From Thermodesulfobacteriota bacterium (GTDB taxonomy: Bacteria > Desulfobacterota > Desulfobacteria > Desulfobacterales > B30-G6), in the NCBI GenBank assembly GCA_039714495.1, contig JBDLJD010000004.1, positions 1 through 59,599 on the forward strand: a stretch of DNA of 59,599 nt. The letters run 5' to 3'. The translations under genes were made by a program, and so were the position numbers. The notes beneath the pieces are model-generated. The model saw only the letters and a program-made list of their open reading frames with translations. It searched no databases and was not told where the DNA came from. Positions 29,778 to 39,749 of the stretch are shown one piece after another (positions within the stretch are counted from its first letter, which is position 1; each line of letters opens with the position of its first letter).

Positions 29778-30566
29778 TTAACCCGTTAGCGAATGTATAA
29801 ATTCACCAAAATACAGGATACGCTTGCTGTTTTCGCGTTGTAACAGCAAATGTTCGAAGTCTTTCTGTTTATGATGCAGATCTACTGTTTGTAGTGTTTT
29901 GTCAACAGCCGACTTCAACGCCGGTAAATCACCAATTCCGCAGCGCACCGTAAGGAATGAATAGTCCGGCTTAGTCTGAGACAGCAGAAACATGACGTCG
30001 TAAAAATCCCTGCCCTTGCCCCTATCCAACATGGCAGAAATTTTCATTGCACACAGTACCGTGTCGGATGGCACCGGAAATGAAAAAAAGAAACCGCATC
30101 CCTTAATGAACCCCATTGTCGGCTCATATGGAATGCCCTGATCCTGGACCTCCAGTTTCAGCATAAAGCGTTCGTTCCTATGCCCGGAGAGATCCAGGTT
30201 GAACAGCAATTCTGGAAAATGAATGCTGGTGCGGAAAGCCGTTAGCTTGGCTTTATCCCTGTTTCTGGATTCCACCCGGAAACCGTTACGCCGCAGAAAC
30301 TGAAGCACATCGTCTGACATGCTGATAAACTCATCCTCAGTAAGATGCTTGCAGTCGAAATCCAAATCCTCGGAGAACCGGCCAATACCCTTTATCAGGC
30401 GCAGACTCGTCCCCCCGATAAAAGTGATCTTCCTGGCATAGTGGGTCGTAGAAAGATAATCGAGCACCAGCAATTGGACATACTCTTTGAGGATATACTT
30501 CTGAAAAATCGCATTTCCACTTATGGCTGCCGGATAAAAATTGTTAATCTGATGCATAGATATCAT
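29778..30566 (-). CDS. abiEii: AbiEii-family nucleotidyltransferase toxin (type IV TA)
   Basis: FIGGTSL, RFSEDLDF, MKISA...R...RDFYD. Confidence 0.9.
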   Translation of the reverse strand: MISMHQINNFYPAAISGNAIFQKYILKEYVQLLVLDYLSTTHYARKITFIGGTSLRLIKGIGRFSEDLDFDCKHLTEDEFISMSDDVLQFLRRNGFRVESRNRDKAKLTAFRTSIHFPELLFNLDLSGHRNERFMLKLEVQDQGIPYEPTMGFIKGCGFFFSFPVPSDTVLCAMKISAMLDRGKGRDFYDVMFLLSQTKPDYSFLTVRCGIGDLPALKSAVDKTLQTVDLHHKQKDFEHLLLQRENSKRILYFGEFIHSLTG

Positions 30567-31180
30567 AAATCATATACCTTCAATAGCAGTTGCATACGCT
30601 TTTCGAGTGCTTTGATACGAAAACGCGCCATAAATGATTCCATTTTGGCAAGATTCAAATCCTCATGCAGAATATCCCTATCAAGCCGAAGTTCGGCAAT
30701 TTCATCTTCTGTTTTGTAAAATGGATATAGATAGAGTAGATCCAGCAATGCTTTTTCCCGAGTGGCATACGGTATAGTACGACCGCCCGCCAATGGGTGC
30801 GGGACATATCCGAACATTAGATCATCCCGGACGCTCTTATACGAATATTCACCAAAGTCGTTCCTGAATACAGCCGTCTTTAGAGATGTCACACTGGTAA
30901 TCTGGACAACGCCCTCTGGAATCAATTCGTAAAATGAAAGTGCCGAGTGCAGGCTGATATACGACGGATTATACATCCTGCCGGCAAAATATGCAGAACT
31001 GCCGGGCTTGCTTTTGTACTCAGGAAAGGCATAGAATCCCCGGCGCAAGCGTACCAGATACCCTTTGCGGGTCCAGCGCACGAAATTATTACGGTCAAAC
31101 CGCGGCTGCCAGGCATAAACCTGATGAATACTAAAACAGCCGAGATCAAACATCCTGTTTTTGAATTCTATCCAATGCAT
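30563..31180 (-). CDS. abiEi: AbiEi-family antitoxin
   Basis: N-terminal wHTH 'LVRLRRGFY', SYISLHSAL..Y.LIPE, EKALLD; ATGA overlap with the toxin. Confidence 0.88.
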   Translation of the reverse strand: MHWIEFKNRMFDLGCFSIHQVYAWQPRFDRNNFVRWTRKGYLVRLRRGFYAFPEYKSKPGSSAYFAGRMYNPSYISLHSALSFYELIPEGVVQITSVTSLKTAVFRNDFGEYSYKSVRDDLMFGYVPHPLAGGRTIPYATREKALLDLLYLYPFYKTEDEIAELRLDRDILHEDLNLAKMESFMARFRIKALEKRMQLLLKVYDL

Positions 31181-31181
31181 A

Positions 31182-31231
31182 ATTTATTTCCGAAATGCAT
31201 CAAATATACTGCGTTTCGGAAATAAATACAA
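31182..31231 (-). promoter_or_regulatory. abiE promoter with overlapping inverted-repeat operator
   Basis: TTGTAT-17nt-TATATT (31231-31203); 18-bp arms at 31182-31199 and 31210-31227 (17/18 match) surround the -10. Confidence 0.75.
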
Positions 31232-31306
31232 CACGATTCTGCCGGAAAACTGCTTAATCAAGACAGATATGATGTCGCCGTCCTATATATAATGGGGGGT
31301 TAACGG

Positions 31307-31692
31307 CTATAGGCTGCTGGAAACTGCCCAAAACCGCGGCATTCCTACACTGATGTTAACAGCCCATTCACTTAGCTCTGATGCTTTACGCAAATCCATT
31401 CGAGCTGCTACCACCAATTTGTTGTTTTTTTCGTTATTCCATTGGGTGTCGTTCCATGCGGCACCTGCTGAATAATCGGTCGAAAACATCATATCTTCTG
31501 TAGCGTAACCACCCCAGTAGCATGAACACCGGTTTTTTTTGCGAATAGGCGCGCTGTCTTGGGATCAACCTGATCAATGACATGGACTTTACCTGTTACC
31601 ACGGCGGTTGTCCGCGCGGATACATCTTTGAATGATAAATATGTTTCCGCGCATACACATTCCACCTGATCTCTTTTACAAGCCATCAGCAT
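31307..31692 (-). pseudogene. Remnant of a family-5 ABC substrate-binding protein with internal deletions
   Basis: Fragments 'D..ARTTAV.TG.VH.ID.VDPKTA' and 'MFST.Y..GAAWNDT.W.N...KL...AR' in two short ORFs. Confidence 0.65.
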
Positions 31693-31831
31693 AGATCAAT
31701 AGTACTACAAGATATTAACGATACGAGGCTTGCATTTTCAGCAAGCATGCGATAAGTTTTAGTAACAATATGTGTACGTTGACATATGCTAGCATAAACT
31801 GAATCAACCCATCTTGGATATCGATGATAAT

Positions 31832-32221
31832 ATGACTGATAATAGTTTCACTATCAATACCAATGAAAGCGAGTATAATATTAGTGCGTGTGTAAGACTG
31901 ATTGGCGAAGATGTTCTAGTATCCATCTGGGGAGGAGAGAAACCTCATATTGGGGCCGTGGCTATGGCACAACCGCGTAAAAGCTTAAAAGATGATAGCT
32001 TAACGAGTTCAACTGCCTCGGTATTCACCTATGTGGGACACAAAGAAGACGAACTTGCAAAGGCCGTCTCTGAAATCATGGCAGCAGTTTTGAAAACCAA
32101 AGTAGTGGTTACCGCTGGCATCCATTGGGACAATTTGTCTTCCGGAGGTATCCAAAAAGTGATTCAAAACAGCAAAATACTGGTTGATTTGATATTGGAA
32201 AGGCTGACATCAATTATATGA
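31832..32221 (+). CDS. lpdD: LpdD-like prenylated-FMN chaperone
   Basis: GGEKPHIGAV, GHKED, VVTAGIH motifs; adjacent to ubiX. Confidence 0.75.
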   Translation: MTDNSFTINTNESEYNISACVRLIGEDVLVSIWGGEKPHIGAVAMAQPRKSLKDDSLTSSTASVFTYVGHKEDELAKAVSEIMAAVLKTKVVVTAGIHWDNLSSGGIQKVIQNSKILVDLILERLTSII

Positions 32222-32269
32222 ATAACCAGATTGATGTCAGCAGGATCTGATTAAAAATGAGAGGTATGC

Positions 32270-32836
32270 ATGACCAAACGAATCGTTATCGGCATATCCG
32301 GTGCCAGCGGAGTGATCTATGGGGTGCGGATGCTCAGTGTATTGAAAGATACGGGCTGTGAAACACACCTCATTTTGTCCGAAGCAGGAAAATTGAATAT
32401 CGAAATAGAGACAAGCTTCAAAGTGGCTGAAGTCGAAGCCATGGCAGACAAAGTATACAGCCAGGAAAATATGGGCGCCAATATTGCATCTGGTTCTTTT
32501 TTAACTCAAGGTATGATTGTGGTACCCTGTACGATCAAGACATTATCCGGTATCGCCAATTCATACAACGATAATCTCCTGGTAAGGGCGGCAGACGTGA
32601 CCCTGAAGGAAAAACGCAAACTAATTTTGGTTGTCAGGGAAACGCCGCTTCATAAAGGACACCTCCGTCTGATGACCATGGCGGCTGACATGGGCGCACA
32701 CATTCTACCTCCAGTCCCCGCTTTTTATCACCAGCCCAAAACAATTCAAGACATCATCGATCAAACCATCGGTAAAATATTTGACTACATGGGCATCGAA
32801 CACGATCTTTTCATGCGCTGGGGCGAAGGCAAGTAA
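32270..32836 (+). CDS. ubiX: Flavin prenyltransferase UbiX
   Basis: GISGASG, IASGS, RAADVTLKE, RETP, PAFY. Confidence 0.95.
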   Translation: MTKRIVIGISGASGVIYGVRMLSVLKDTGCETHLILSEAGKLNIEIETSFKVAEVEAMADKVYSQENMGANIASGSFLTQGMIVVPCTIKTLSGIANSYNDNLLVRAADVTLKEKRKLILVVRETPLHKGHLRLMTMAADMGAHILPPVPAFYHQPKTIQDIIDQTIGKIFDYMGIEHDLFMRWGEGK

Positions 32837-32960
32837 CACGCAATTTCTGATTGACCGTCCAACTCTGTTTAAGCCCTAATTGTTTTGATTGTGTTCATAG
32901 AGCCTTGCTTGATTTTTTTATCCTTGGCAAAGTAAAACCACCGCCTAAGGCCAGGTATAA

Positions 32961-33081
32961 CTAGTAGAAACTGAGATAGGTAAATGCGTTTTTATTCTCA
33001 GGCGAATTGATGGTGACCCAAACGATACCGGTGGCGTCCTCCTTTTGGTAGCGTATCTTTTTTAAATTTTTCCGGGTTCAT
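32961..33081 (-). pseudogene. Frameshifted N-terminal remnant of an enoyl-CoA hydratase/isomerase
   Basis: GGAG RBS and ATG at 33081; removing one A from an A6 run gives MNPEKFKKIRYQKEDATGIVWVTINSPENKNAFTYLSFY*, a crotonase-like N-terminus. Confidence 0.65.
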
Positions 33082-33152
33082 ATTTATCGCTCCCTGATCT
33101 GGTTTGGGCGTTTATTTGTGCTTTAAGCTTTTAACTCCCCCGAGATGGATGG

Positions 33153-34529
33153 TCAATGTAATGTCAGAGTTTGAAACAATTCACGAGCACTGTCGGCTGC
33201 CAGTTCTGCCCCAATTCCATGTCCGCCTGCCTCGGCACTGGCGAAGAACAGGCCTTCCAATGGCGATGTTACTGATGGTCGACGTTCATGGATTTGGTTC
33301 ACAGATTGGGCTACACCAATGACATTTCCGTCCTCCCCGGCATATGTGTTAACGAGGTCGGGGGTGTCAACCTTGTGCCAAAGGACTTTTCCTCTGGCCT
33401 GCGGATAAACCGTATAAAATGAACGAAGCAACGCCTCCTCCCATTTTTTCCAGTCTGCCTTTCGTGGACAACCAGTACCAAAAAATATGAGCTGCCTGCC
33501 CTCAGGAGCCAATGATGTGTCATAGTTGGTCGGAGAGGTGATCATCCCCCGCATCAGTTCCGGTATTTTTCCATCCATCTTGTCCGATTCGATCTGCCGA
33601 GACTTTTCAAAATCATACGGCATATACATCATCAGTTGATCGTCGGTGATTTTTTCCTGCAAGGCTACCTTCAATCCAATCACGTGGTAGGCATAGCTCA
33701 AATTCCGAATAGCTTCCAGATAGTCCGATGAAAAGTGCTCCTCACCGACTAAATCCAAAACTGAGGCCTTAATATCGGCATTGCTGATAATGACGGGAGC
33801 CTTGACCTTTGATCCGTCTTTCAGCTTAACGCCGACGGCTTTGTGGTTTTCAACAATGATTTTTTCTACCCTCGTTCTAAGCTTAACCTCGCCGCCTAGC
33901 TTTTTCACCGCCGTTAGATATGCTCTGGGAATGGAAATACACCCCCCAACAGGGTATGCACTACTCCGGGCCTGCAGCACCTCCCTAAAACATTTAACAA
34001 ATTCTGCGGTACTGCTGGCGTTGTCCCGTACGCAAAAATACTGCGAACTGATGCGCTCAATAAAGGCATGTACCAAGGGATGGTCGGTAAATTGAGAAAG
34101 CCACGCATGAAGCGGGATGTACCACAGCGTGCTGATTTCTTCCTGAGGCATGGTTACTACAGCCTTGAAAAAGCGTTCCATATTCTGTTTTTCTTTGTCT
34201 GGAAGCTCGGCCGTTAGGTTTTTTCGAGAATACTTCATAACTCGGTCTTTCAGTCTCAGGATCGCTGAATTGATGGTAACCCACTGAATAGCATCCGGTC
34301 TGCCGATCCGGCGGCAGATGTCGCCAAGGGCGCCACGATTGCCGACCCCGAAAAGGTGAATCCCCAGATCCACAGTAAATCCATCTTTCGCGTAGGAAGT
34401 GCAGCGTCCCCCAACAATTTTATTCTTTTCTATAATCAGTATCTTCCAGCCTGCATGGGCTAGTAATGCCCCTACGGCAGATCCGCCAATTCCGCTACCG
34501 ATAATGATCGCATCAAAATCATGGTTCAT
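33153..34529 (-). CDS. Phytoene-desaturase-family (CrtI-like) FAD oxidoreductase, copy B
   Basis: GSGIGG, EK...VGGR, DLGIH, YPVGG, SLAPEGRQL, GG.G.ELAA.S. Confidence 0.88.
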   Translation of the reverse strand: MNHDFDAIIIGSGIGGSAVGALLAHAGWKILIIEKNKIVGGRCTSYAKDGFTVDLGIHLFGVGNRGALGDICRRIGRPDAIQWVTINSAILRLKDRVMKYSRKNLTAELPDKEKQNMERFFKAVVTMPQEEISTLWYIPLHAWLSQFTDHPLVHAFIERISSQYFCVRDNASSTAEFVKCFREVLQARSSAYPVGGCISIPRAYLTAVKKLGGEVKLRTRVEKIIVENHKAVGVKLKDGSKVKAPVIISNADIKASVLDLVGEEHFSSDYLEAIRNLSYAYHVIGLKVALQEKITDDQLMMYMPYDFEKSRQIESDKMDGKIPELMRGMITSPTNYDTSLAPEGRQLIFFGTGCPRKADWKKWEEALLRSFYTVYPQARGKVLWHKVDTPDLVNTYAGEDGNVIGVAQSVNQIHERRPSVTSPLEGLFFASAEAGGHGIGAELAADSARELFQTLTLH

Positions 34530-34562
34530 TTTTATTCCTTAGCAATAGCCAACCGCCAGGTA

Positions 34563-36122
34563 TCAATGCGTGTTGACGGTCTTATATTGTTCTCTGAGTT
34601 TGAACTTCAAAACTTTTCCTGTTGCATTTTTAGGCAAGGAATCTACGAATACGACCGACTTCGGTTTCTTGTAACTTGCCAGGTTTTGCCGGCAGTGCTC
34701 AATGATTTCAGGCTCCGTCGCCTGATACCCTTCTTTAAGCACAACAATAGCCTTGACCGCCTCTTCCCACTTGGGATCAGGAACGCCGATGACGGCGGCT
34801 TCGAGCACTGCAGGGTGGCTGTATAGTGTTTCCTCAACTTCCACGGCATAGATATTTTCCCCACCGCTAATAATAATATCCTTCAGGCGATCCACAACAT
34901 AGATAAAGCCCTCTTCATCCGCTTTTACAAGGTCGCCGCTGTGAAACCAGCCATTTCGCATTGCTTCGGTAGTGGCTTGCGGATTTTTGTAGTATTCCTT
35001 CATCACAGTCGGTCCCCTGTAAATAATTTCTCCAACCTGCCCCTGGGGTACGTCGTTGTCATGCGTGTCGACGATTCTGGTCTCAACTGTGATGCAGGGT
35101 CTGCCAACCGAACCTTTTTTTCTGAGGACATCTTCCGGTTTCAAGGTCGTTGCCACCGGCCCCATCTCTGTTTGACCAAACGAATCTGATAAGCGGGCAT
35201 TTGGGAAGTACTCCAGTATCTTCGATTTGACACTAACAGGCATGATGGAAGCCGCTGTCAAAGCCCGCTTCAATGATGATGTATCATAATCAACTATTTC
35301 GGGTGTTTCCAGGAGCTGAATCCACATGGCCGGGACCAATAAAAGGTAGCTTACTTGTTCCCTTTCAATCAGGTCCAGTGTTTCTACCGGATCAAATTGA
35401 TCCGTTATTATAAATGTGCCACCAACCAGTAATATCTTTAAAAACGTACTTAGCCCTCCTGCATGAAACAGCGGTACTGAGCATAGGCACCGTTCATAAG
35501 GCGTACCGGGTATCTCCAAGGTGGTGATCAAGGCATTCAAGAGCAAATTCTTGTGCGTCATGACAGCGCCTTTGGGCTTTCCGGTTGTACCGGAGGTATA
35601 CAAGATAAAAGCCGGATCGTCATCTTCGATAGGAACCAAAGGTTCGGAACTTTCGAAAGAACTCAGAAAGTCCTCATAGTTTCTCGTTTTCTCGTCTTCA
35701 CTGCCACCGACACAAATTTGGGCCTCGATGTTCGCAAACTGATCGCTGACGGAGTGAACCAAATCCAGAAACGACTGTCCGAATATTAGGAGACAGGCAT
35801 CAGAATTATCAATCTGATAAGCGATCTCCGGCCCTGCCAATCGGAAGTTTAAAGGTACTGCAACAGCCCCCAGTTTGCAGATGGCACAATAGCATTCGAT
35901 CATCTGGTTACAGTTTGTCATCAATAGTGCCACTTTGTCAGACCTGCCGATACCAAGCGATTTCAAACCGTTCGCCAGACGGTTGACCCGTTCATTCAGA
36001 TCCCGGTATGTGTAGCGTTGTTCCTTGTACACCAGGGCCTCTCGCGCCGGTTCTTTCCTGGACCAGCGGGCCAAAAACTCGCCGATCACCAGCTGTTTTG
36101 ACAGCATTAACTGAGTTTCCAT
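34563..36122 (-). CDS. Long-chain acyl-CoA ligase (AMP-binding)
   Basis: YTSGTTGKPKG, FGQTE, WFHSGD, DRLKD...GGEN, PKNATGK. Confidence 0.93.
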   Translation of the reverse strand: METQLMLSKQLVIGEFLARWSRKEPAREALVYKEQRYTYRDLNERVNRLANGLKSLGIGRSDKVALLMTNCNQMIECYCAICKLGAVAVPLNFRLAGPEIAYQIDNSDACLLIFGQSFLDLVHSVSDQFANIEAQICVGGSEDEKTRNYEDFLSSFESSEPLVPIEDDDPAFILYTSGTTGKPKGAVMTHKNLLLNALITTLEIPGTPYERCLCSVPLFHAGGLSTFLKILLVGGTFIITDQFDPVETLDLIEREQVSYLLLVPAMWIQLLETPEIVDYDTSSLKRALTAASIMPVSVKSKILEYFPNARLSDSFGQTEMGPVATTLKPEDVLRKKGSVGRPCITVETRIVDTHDNDVPQGQVGEIIYRGPTVMKEYYKNPQATTEAMRNGWFHSGDLVKADEEGFIYVVDRLKDIIISGGENIYAVEVEETLYSHPAVLEAAVIGVPDPKWEEAVKAIVVLKEGYQATEPEIIEHCRQNLASYKKPKSVVFVDSLPKNATGKVLKFKLREQYKTVNTH

Positions 36123-36135
36123 ATGATCTCTCATT

Positions 36136-38076
36136 TTAATTCGTGGATTGAAATAGACGCTTGGTGGCGAAATGCGACATTGCCCCTGCAAGGACAAGTC
36201 CCAGACCGATGTAATCCGTTATGCTTCTAGGATGGAAGATGAGGACACCAGCGGCGATGAAGATAAGGCGCACCGGCCATGATATTCTTTTTAGAAAAAA
36301 AACATATCCTTCAAAGCCGGCGCTTAAAAGAATAATACCGATGGCCGCCGTGCCCATGGCCTGGAGTATTTCCAGGCCGGTTCCGTGCCCTACCAGAGCC
36401 GGGTTGTACACAAAGAAAAACGGTACCAGCAAAGATACAAAGCCGAGCTTCACCGCCTGGTTGGCTGTTTTCACAGGATTGGCCCCCGCGATGCTCGCAG
36501 CTGCATAGGCGGCCAGGGCCACAGGAGGGGTTATATAGGACACCGAGCCCCAGTAAACAAGAAAAAGATGGGCGGACATTTCGTGAATGCCCACATCCAC
36601 AAGCGTAGGCGCCAGGAGCATGGCCAGAAAAATATAGCACGCCGATATAGTCAGCCCGATACCCAGTAAAAAACTGGTGACAGCGCCGAGAATCAGGAGC
36701 AAAAACATATTTTCCCCGCCCAGTTGGGTCAGGGTCCCGGACAACCCGTGGGCTGTGCCGGTCAGTGAAAGGGCCCCGATGATCATACCCACGCCCACCA
36801 GTATCCCCATAAGCTCCGATAATATTCTTCCGGTTCCATCCACAAGCTGTGTTACGGTCGCCAGTTTGAACCTGGTTTCCTTGCGGAAGTTTCCCAGAAC
36901 CAGAAGGGCAGCTGTGGCGTAATAGGGTGCCAAGGCCTCCATTCGGTGAAAAAAGATAATATAAACCAGGAGGGCCAGCGCGGCAATGTAGAACCAGCCC
37001 TCCTTAAGAGTTTGTGCAAGAGAGGGCAGCTCCTCCTTGGGGAGTCCCTTAAGATCCATCTTGGCGGCATAAAAGTCAGTCTGGGCAAAAAGGGAGAGCC
37101 AGTAAAGGAAAATCGGCAATGCGGCAGCGATACAGACCTGGGCGTAGGATACACCAATGAATTCCGCCATGATAAAGGCCGTAACACCCATTACGGGCGG
37201 AGTGAGCACCCCGCCTTTGGAGGCGCAGGCTTCAATGGCGGCAGCGTAATAAGGTGGATAGCCCAAACGCTTCATGGTGGGTATGGTAACTGCGCCGGTG
37301 GTGACAACGTTGGCAATGGCGCTGCCGGACATGGTGGCGAAGAAGGCACTTGACAGGATTGAGACCTTGGCAGCCCCACCCCTGACCCCGCCCAGAATGG
37401 AAAGACAGAAATTGATGAAAAAATTTGCTGCTCCGGTTACCTGAAGGGCTACGGCAAAGATCATGTATCCTATGAGTAATCTGCAAAAAACCCTGGTTGG
37501 AAGTCCGAATATGCTCTCTGAGCCCATCATATGGAAACCCAGAATACGGGCGAGGCTGTATTTCTTAGCCAAGAGTATTCCAGGGCAGAGATGAGCAAAC
37601 AAAGGATATACGGACATCAGCAGTATGATAGAAGCCAGCAGAGCCCCCCCGGTTCTTCTGACGACTTCGATCACCAATACCCATGTGATGGCAGCAAGGA
37701 TCATCCCGACCAGAGGTGGAGCGACATCCCATCCCTTCAGGATGATATTCATATTATTGATGATAACGTAAGCGGGCCCGAAAAGACTGGCAATGGAGAG
37801 CAGCATATCATACCATGGGACTCGATCTCGGGGAGACTTTTCAGTCGCGGGAAAAATCAGGAATGTTAACGAGATAAAAGCCGCAATCATAACTGCAAAA
37901 TAGGACAGCTCCGGCATTACAAAGTTGAATAGCGCGATTTTAAAGATAAAGACAAAAGAGAGAAGAATGGCAAATGCTGATACAAATAGAAAATAGACCC
38001 TAAAAATGCCTTTAAGTGTTCTATATCTGCCTGTTTGTTTACTGATAGATGTCTTCTTGTCCGGATCTTTACCCAT
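36136..38076 (-). CDS. TRAP transporter fused 4TM/12TM permease
   Basis: Polytopic membrane protein; SGSAIANV.TTG, PPVMG, ITPPVAL. Confidence 0.93.
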   Translation of the reverse strand: MGKDPDKKTSISKQTGRYRTLKGIFRVYFLFVSAFAILLSFVFIFKIALFNFVMPELSYFAVMIAAFISLTFLIFPATEKSPRDRVPWYDMLLSIASLFGPAYVIINNMNIILKGWDVAPPLVGMILAAITWVLVIEVVRRTGGALLASIILLMSVYPLFAHLCPGILLAKKYSLARILGFHMMGSESIFGLPTRVFCRLLIGYMIFAVALQVTGAANFFINFCLSILGGVRGGAAKVSILSSAFFATMSGSAIANVVTTGAVTIPTMKRLGYPPYYAAAIEACASKGGVLTPPVMGVTAFIMAEFIGVSYAQVCIAAALPIFLYWLSLFAQTDFYAAKMDLKGLPKEELPSLAQTLKEGWFYIAALALLVYIIFFHRMEALAPYYATAALLVLGNFRKETRFKLATVTQLVDGTGRILSELMGILVGVGMIIGALSLTGTAHGLSGTLTQLGGENMFLLLILGAVTSFLLGIGLTISACYIFLAMLLAPTLVDVGIHEMSAHLFLVYWGSVSYITPPVALAAYAAASIAGANPVKTANQAVKLGFVSLLVPFFFVYNPALVGHGTGLEILQAMGTAAIGIILLSAGFEGYVFFLKRISWPVRLIFIAAGVLIFHPRSITDYIGLGLVLAGAMSHFATKRLFQSTN

Positions 38077-38151
38077 AGCATTGATTTCTCATTCGCAATC
38101 TGGCCTGATGGAAGCAAAGTAAAAACTCCATCAGCCTAGCGGTGATCGCAA

Positions 38152-38185
38152 CAAGGGGTTGGAAGTGAGTTCGACCAACCCCTTG
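38152..38185 (-). terminator. Stem-loop after the TAXI gene (terminator or mRNA stabiliser)
   Basis: CAAGGGGTTGG-N12-CCAACCCCTTG. Confidence 0.5.
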
Positions 38186-38211
38186 CCGTTCCGTTTAAAC
38201 CCAACGGTTTA

Positions 38212-39267
38212 CTATTTAAAAGCCGCTGCTCTGGCTGAATAGTCCTTTAGCTGTTTTTCCTGCCATTTATCCATGTCCGCAGACCAGACACCGGCCTCTT
38301 TGAAATACCGGATGGCGCCAGCATGATATGGCACCGGGCTGGGATCTTTAGCAGCCTGTTTGATATTCCAGGCTGCCATGGCCCGATGCATTCCTTTGTA
38401 AATATCGAAACCTTCATGTATGGCCTTAACCGCAGCATATATAATGTCCGGATCGGTGTGCTCATAAGCCCATAGGGAATAGGGGTAAGCCAGGATTTCC
38501 ATGGTCTGGCCCTCTGGCAGCCCCGGGGCCCTTTTGGCTACTGTCGGTTTCATCCATGGGGCAAACTTTTGCAGTCTGGCCCAGGCGTCTTTCTCACTAT
38601 GAGGCAATAGGACCCATCCGGCCTTGTGTGGCCCGGCTTGAATCTCTTTGACGGTGGGGGTAACGGTTGCAGCCAGGGCGGCGTCAACGCGTCCCTCTAT
38701 GATTCCTTTTAAGGTGTCAATATATCCGGAGCAGACAACCTTGGTAACGTCATCCCAGGTAAGATTGCCAAAGGCCAGAATACCCTCTGTTCCCAGGGAG
38801 ACTGCAGGCGATCCGGGTATAAAGGCGACTCTCTTCCCTTTCAGGTCCTTGGGATGTTTAATACCGGAATCTCCCCGGGTCACCAAAGCCATCCGTACGC
38901 TCATCCCTCGCCATACCTGCCTTAATGGCTGGGGCCCCCACTCCTTGGTAGCGAACTCGGCAATTCCATGGCTGACACATGTGCCTGTGGCCCCGGTTGC
39001 CAGGGTTATCTCGCTCTCCTTATTTTTGAGGGGAAGAATTCTTGAGACATCCGTACCATAAGGTTCGACACGGACTTTCATGGGTGTCTTTTTTTCAATG
39101 GCCTCCCTGAATCCGCTGGTGATAGTGTAACCAAGGGACCCCACTTTAAAAGAGGTAAAGGTGATTAATTTGGGAAGATCTTCTGCTGACGCTTGCGGAA
39201 TACTTTGCATAAGCAATGTGCCGCAAAAGAAACAAACAGCCAATAAGATGAAAGCGGTTCTTTTCAT
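38212..39267 (-). CDS. TAXI-family TRAP solute-binding protein
   Basis: Signal peptide, DLKGKRV, PYHAGA.RYFKE; adjacent fused permease. Confidence 0.92.
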   Translation of the reverse strand: MKRTAFILLAVCFFCGTLLMQSIPQASAEDLPKLITFTSFKVGSLGYTITSGFREAIEKKTPMKVRVEPYGTDVSRILPLKNKESEITLATGATGTCVSHGIAEFATKEWGPQPLRQVWRGMSVRMALVTRGDSGIKHPKDLKGKRVAFIPGSPAVSLGTEGILAFGNLTWDDVTKVVCSGYIDTLKGIIEGRVDAALAATVTPTVKEIQAGPHKAGWVLLPHSEKDAWARLQKFAPWMKPTVAKRAPGLPEGQTMEILAYPYSLWAYEHTDPDIIYAAVKAIHEGFDIYKGMHRAMAAWNIKQAAKDPSPVPYHAGAIRYFKEAGVWSADMDKWQEKQLKDYSARAAAFK

Positions 39268-39340
39268 TTTTTTCTCCTTTTTAAATGGGGGGTGAAAGAG
39301 CTCCCCCCGCGTTTAAATATGTTGTCGCGCCTCCTTTTTC

Positions 39341-39748
39341 TCATGATTTTTTAATCACTTCGACAAATCCCTGATCAGCATCCACAATAACATAGTCCCC
39401 TGTTTCTATAACATCCAAGGGATTTTTCTCCAGTTGGTCCATGGCAGGTATATCAGCTGTCAAGATGGCTGCTGCCAGAATCGGCTCGATCTCGCCAATG
39501 ATCATGGCTTTAGGTAAATTATTGTTCAGCTTTGCTACATAGCCAACTCCGGGCCCGGCACTGGATCCTTTTCCCGTGGGACACACAAATATTTTATCAA
39601 CCAAACTCTGGCCGTAAAGTTCGTGGTTAGGCGAAGGAACCTTTCCGGTTGCCGGATCTATCTCACCTAAAAAAGAAAAAGGCGTTCTGGTGACTATCGC
39701 TTCCCCTTCGGCCTTTCCGGGGTTTACTGTCCTGCCTTTTAATTTCAT
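39341..39748 (-). CDS. Aconitase X swivel (small) subunit, DUF126
   Basis: G.AEGEA, SFLGEIDP.TG, GKGSS, AIL.DIP. Confidence 0.9.
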   Translation of the reverse strand: MKLKGRTVNPGKAEGEAIVTRTPFSFLGEIDPATGKVPSPNHELYGQSLVDKIFVCPTGKGSSAGPGVGYVAKLNNNLPKAMIIGEIEPILAAAILTADIPAMDQLEKNPLDVIETGDYVIVDADQGFVEVIKKS

Positions 39749-39749
39749 G

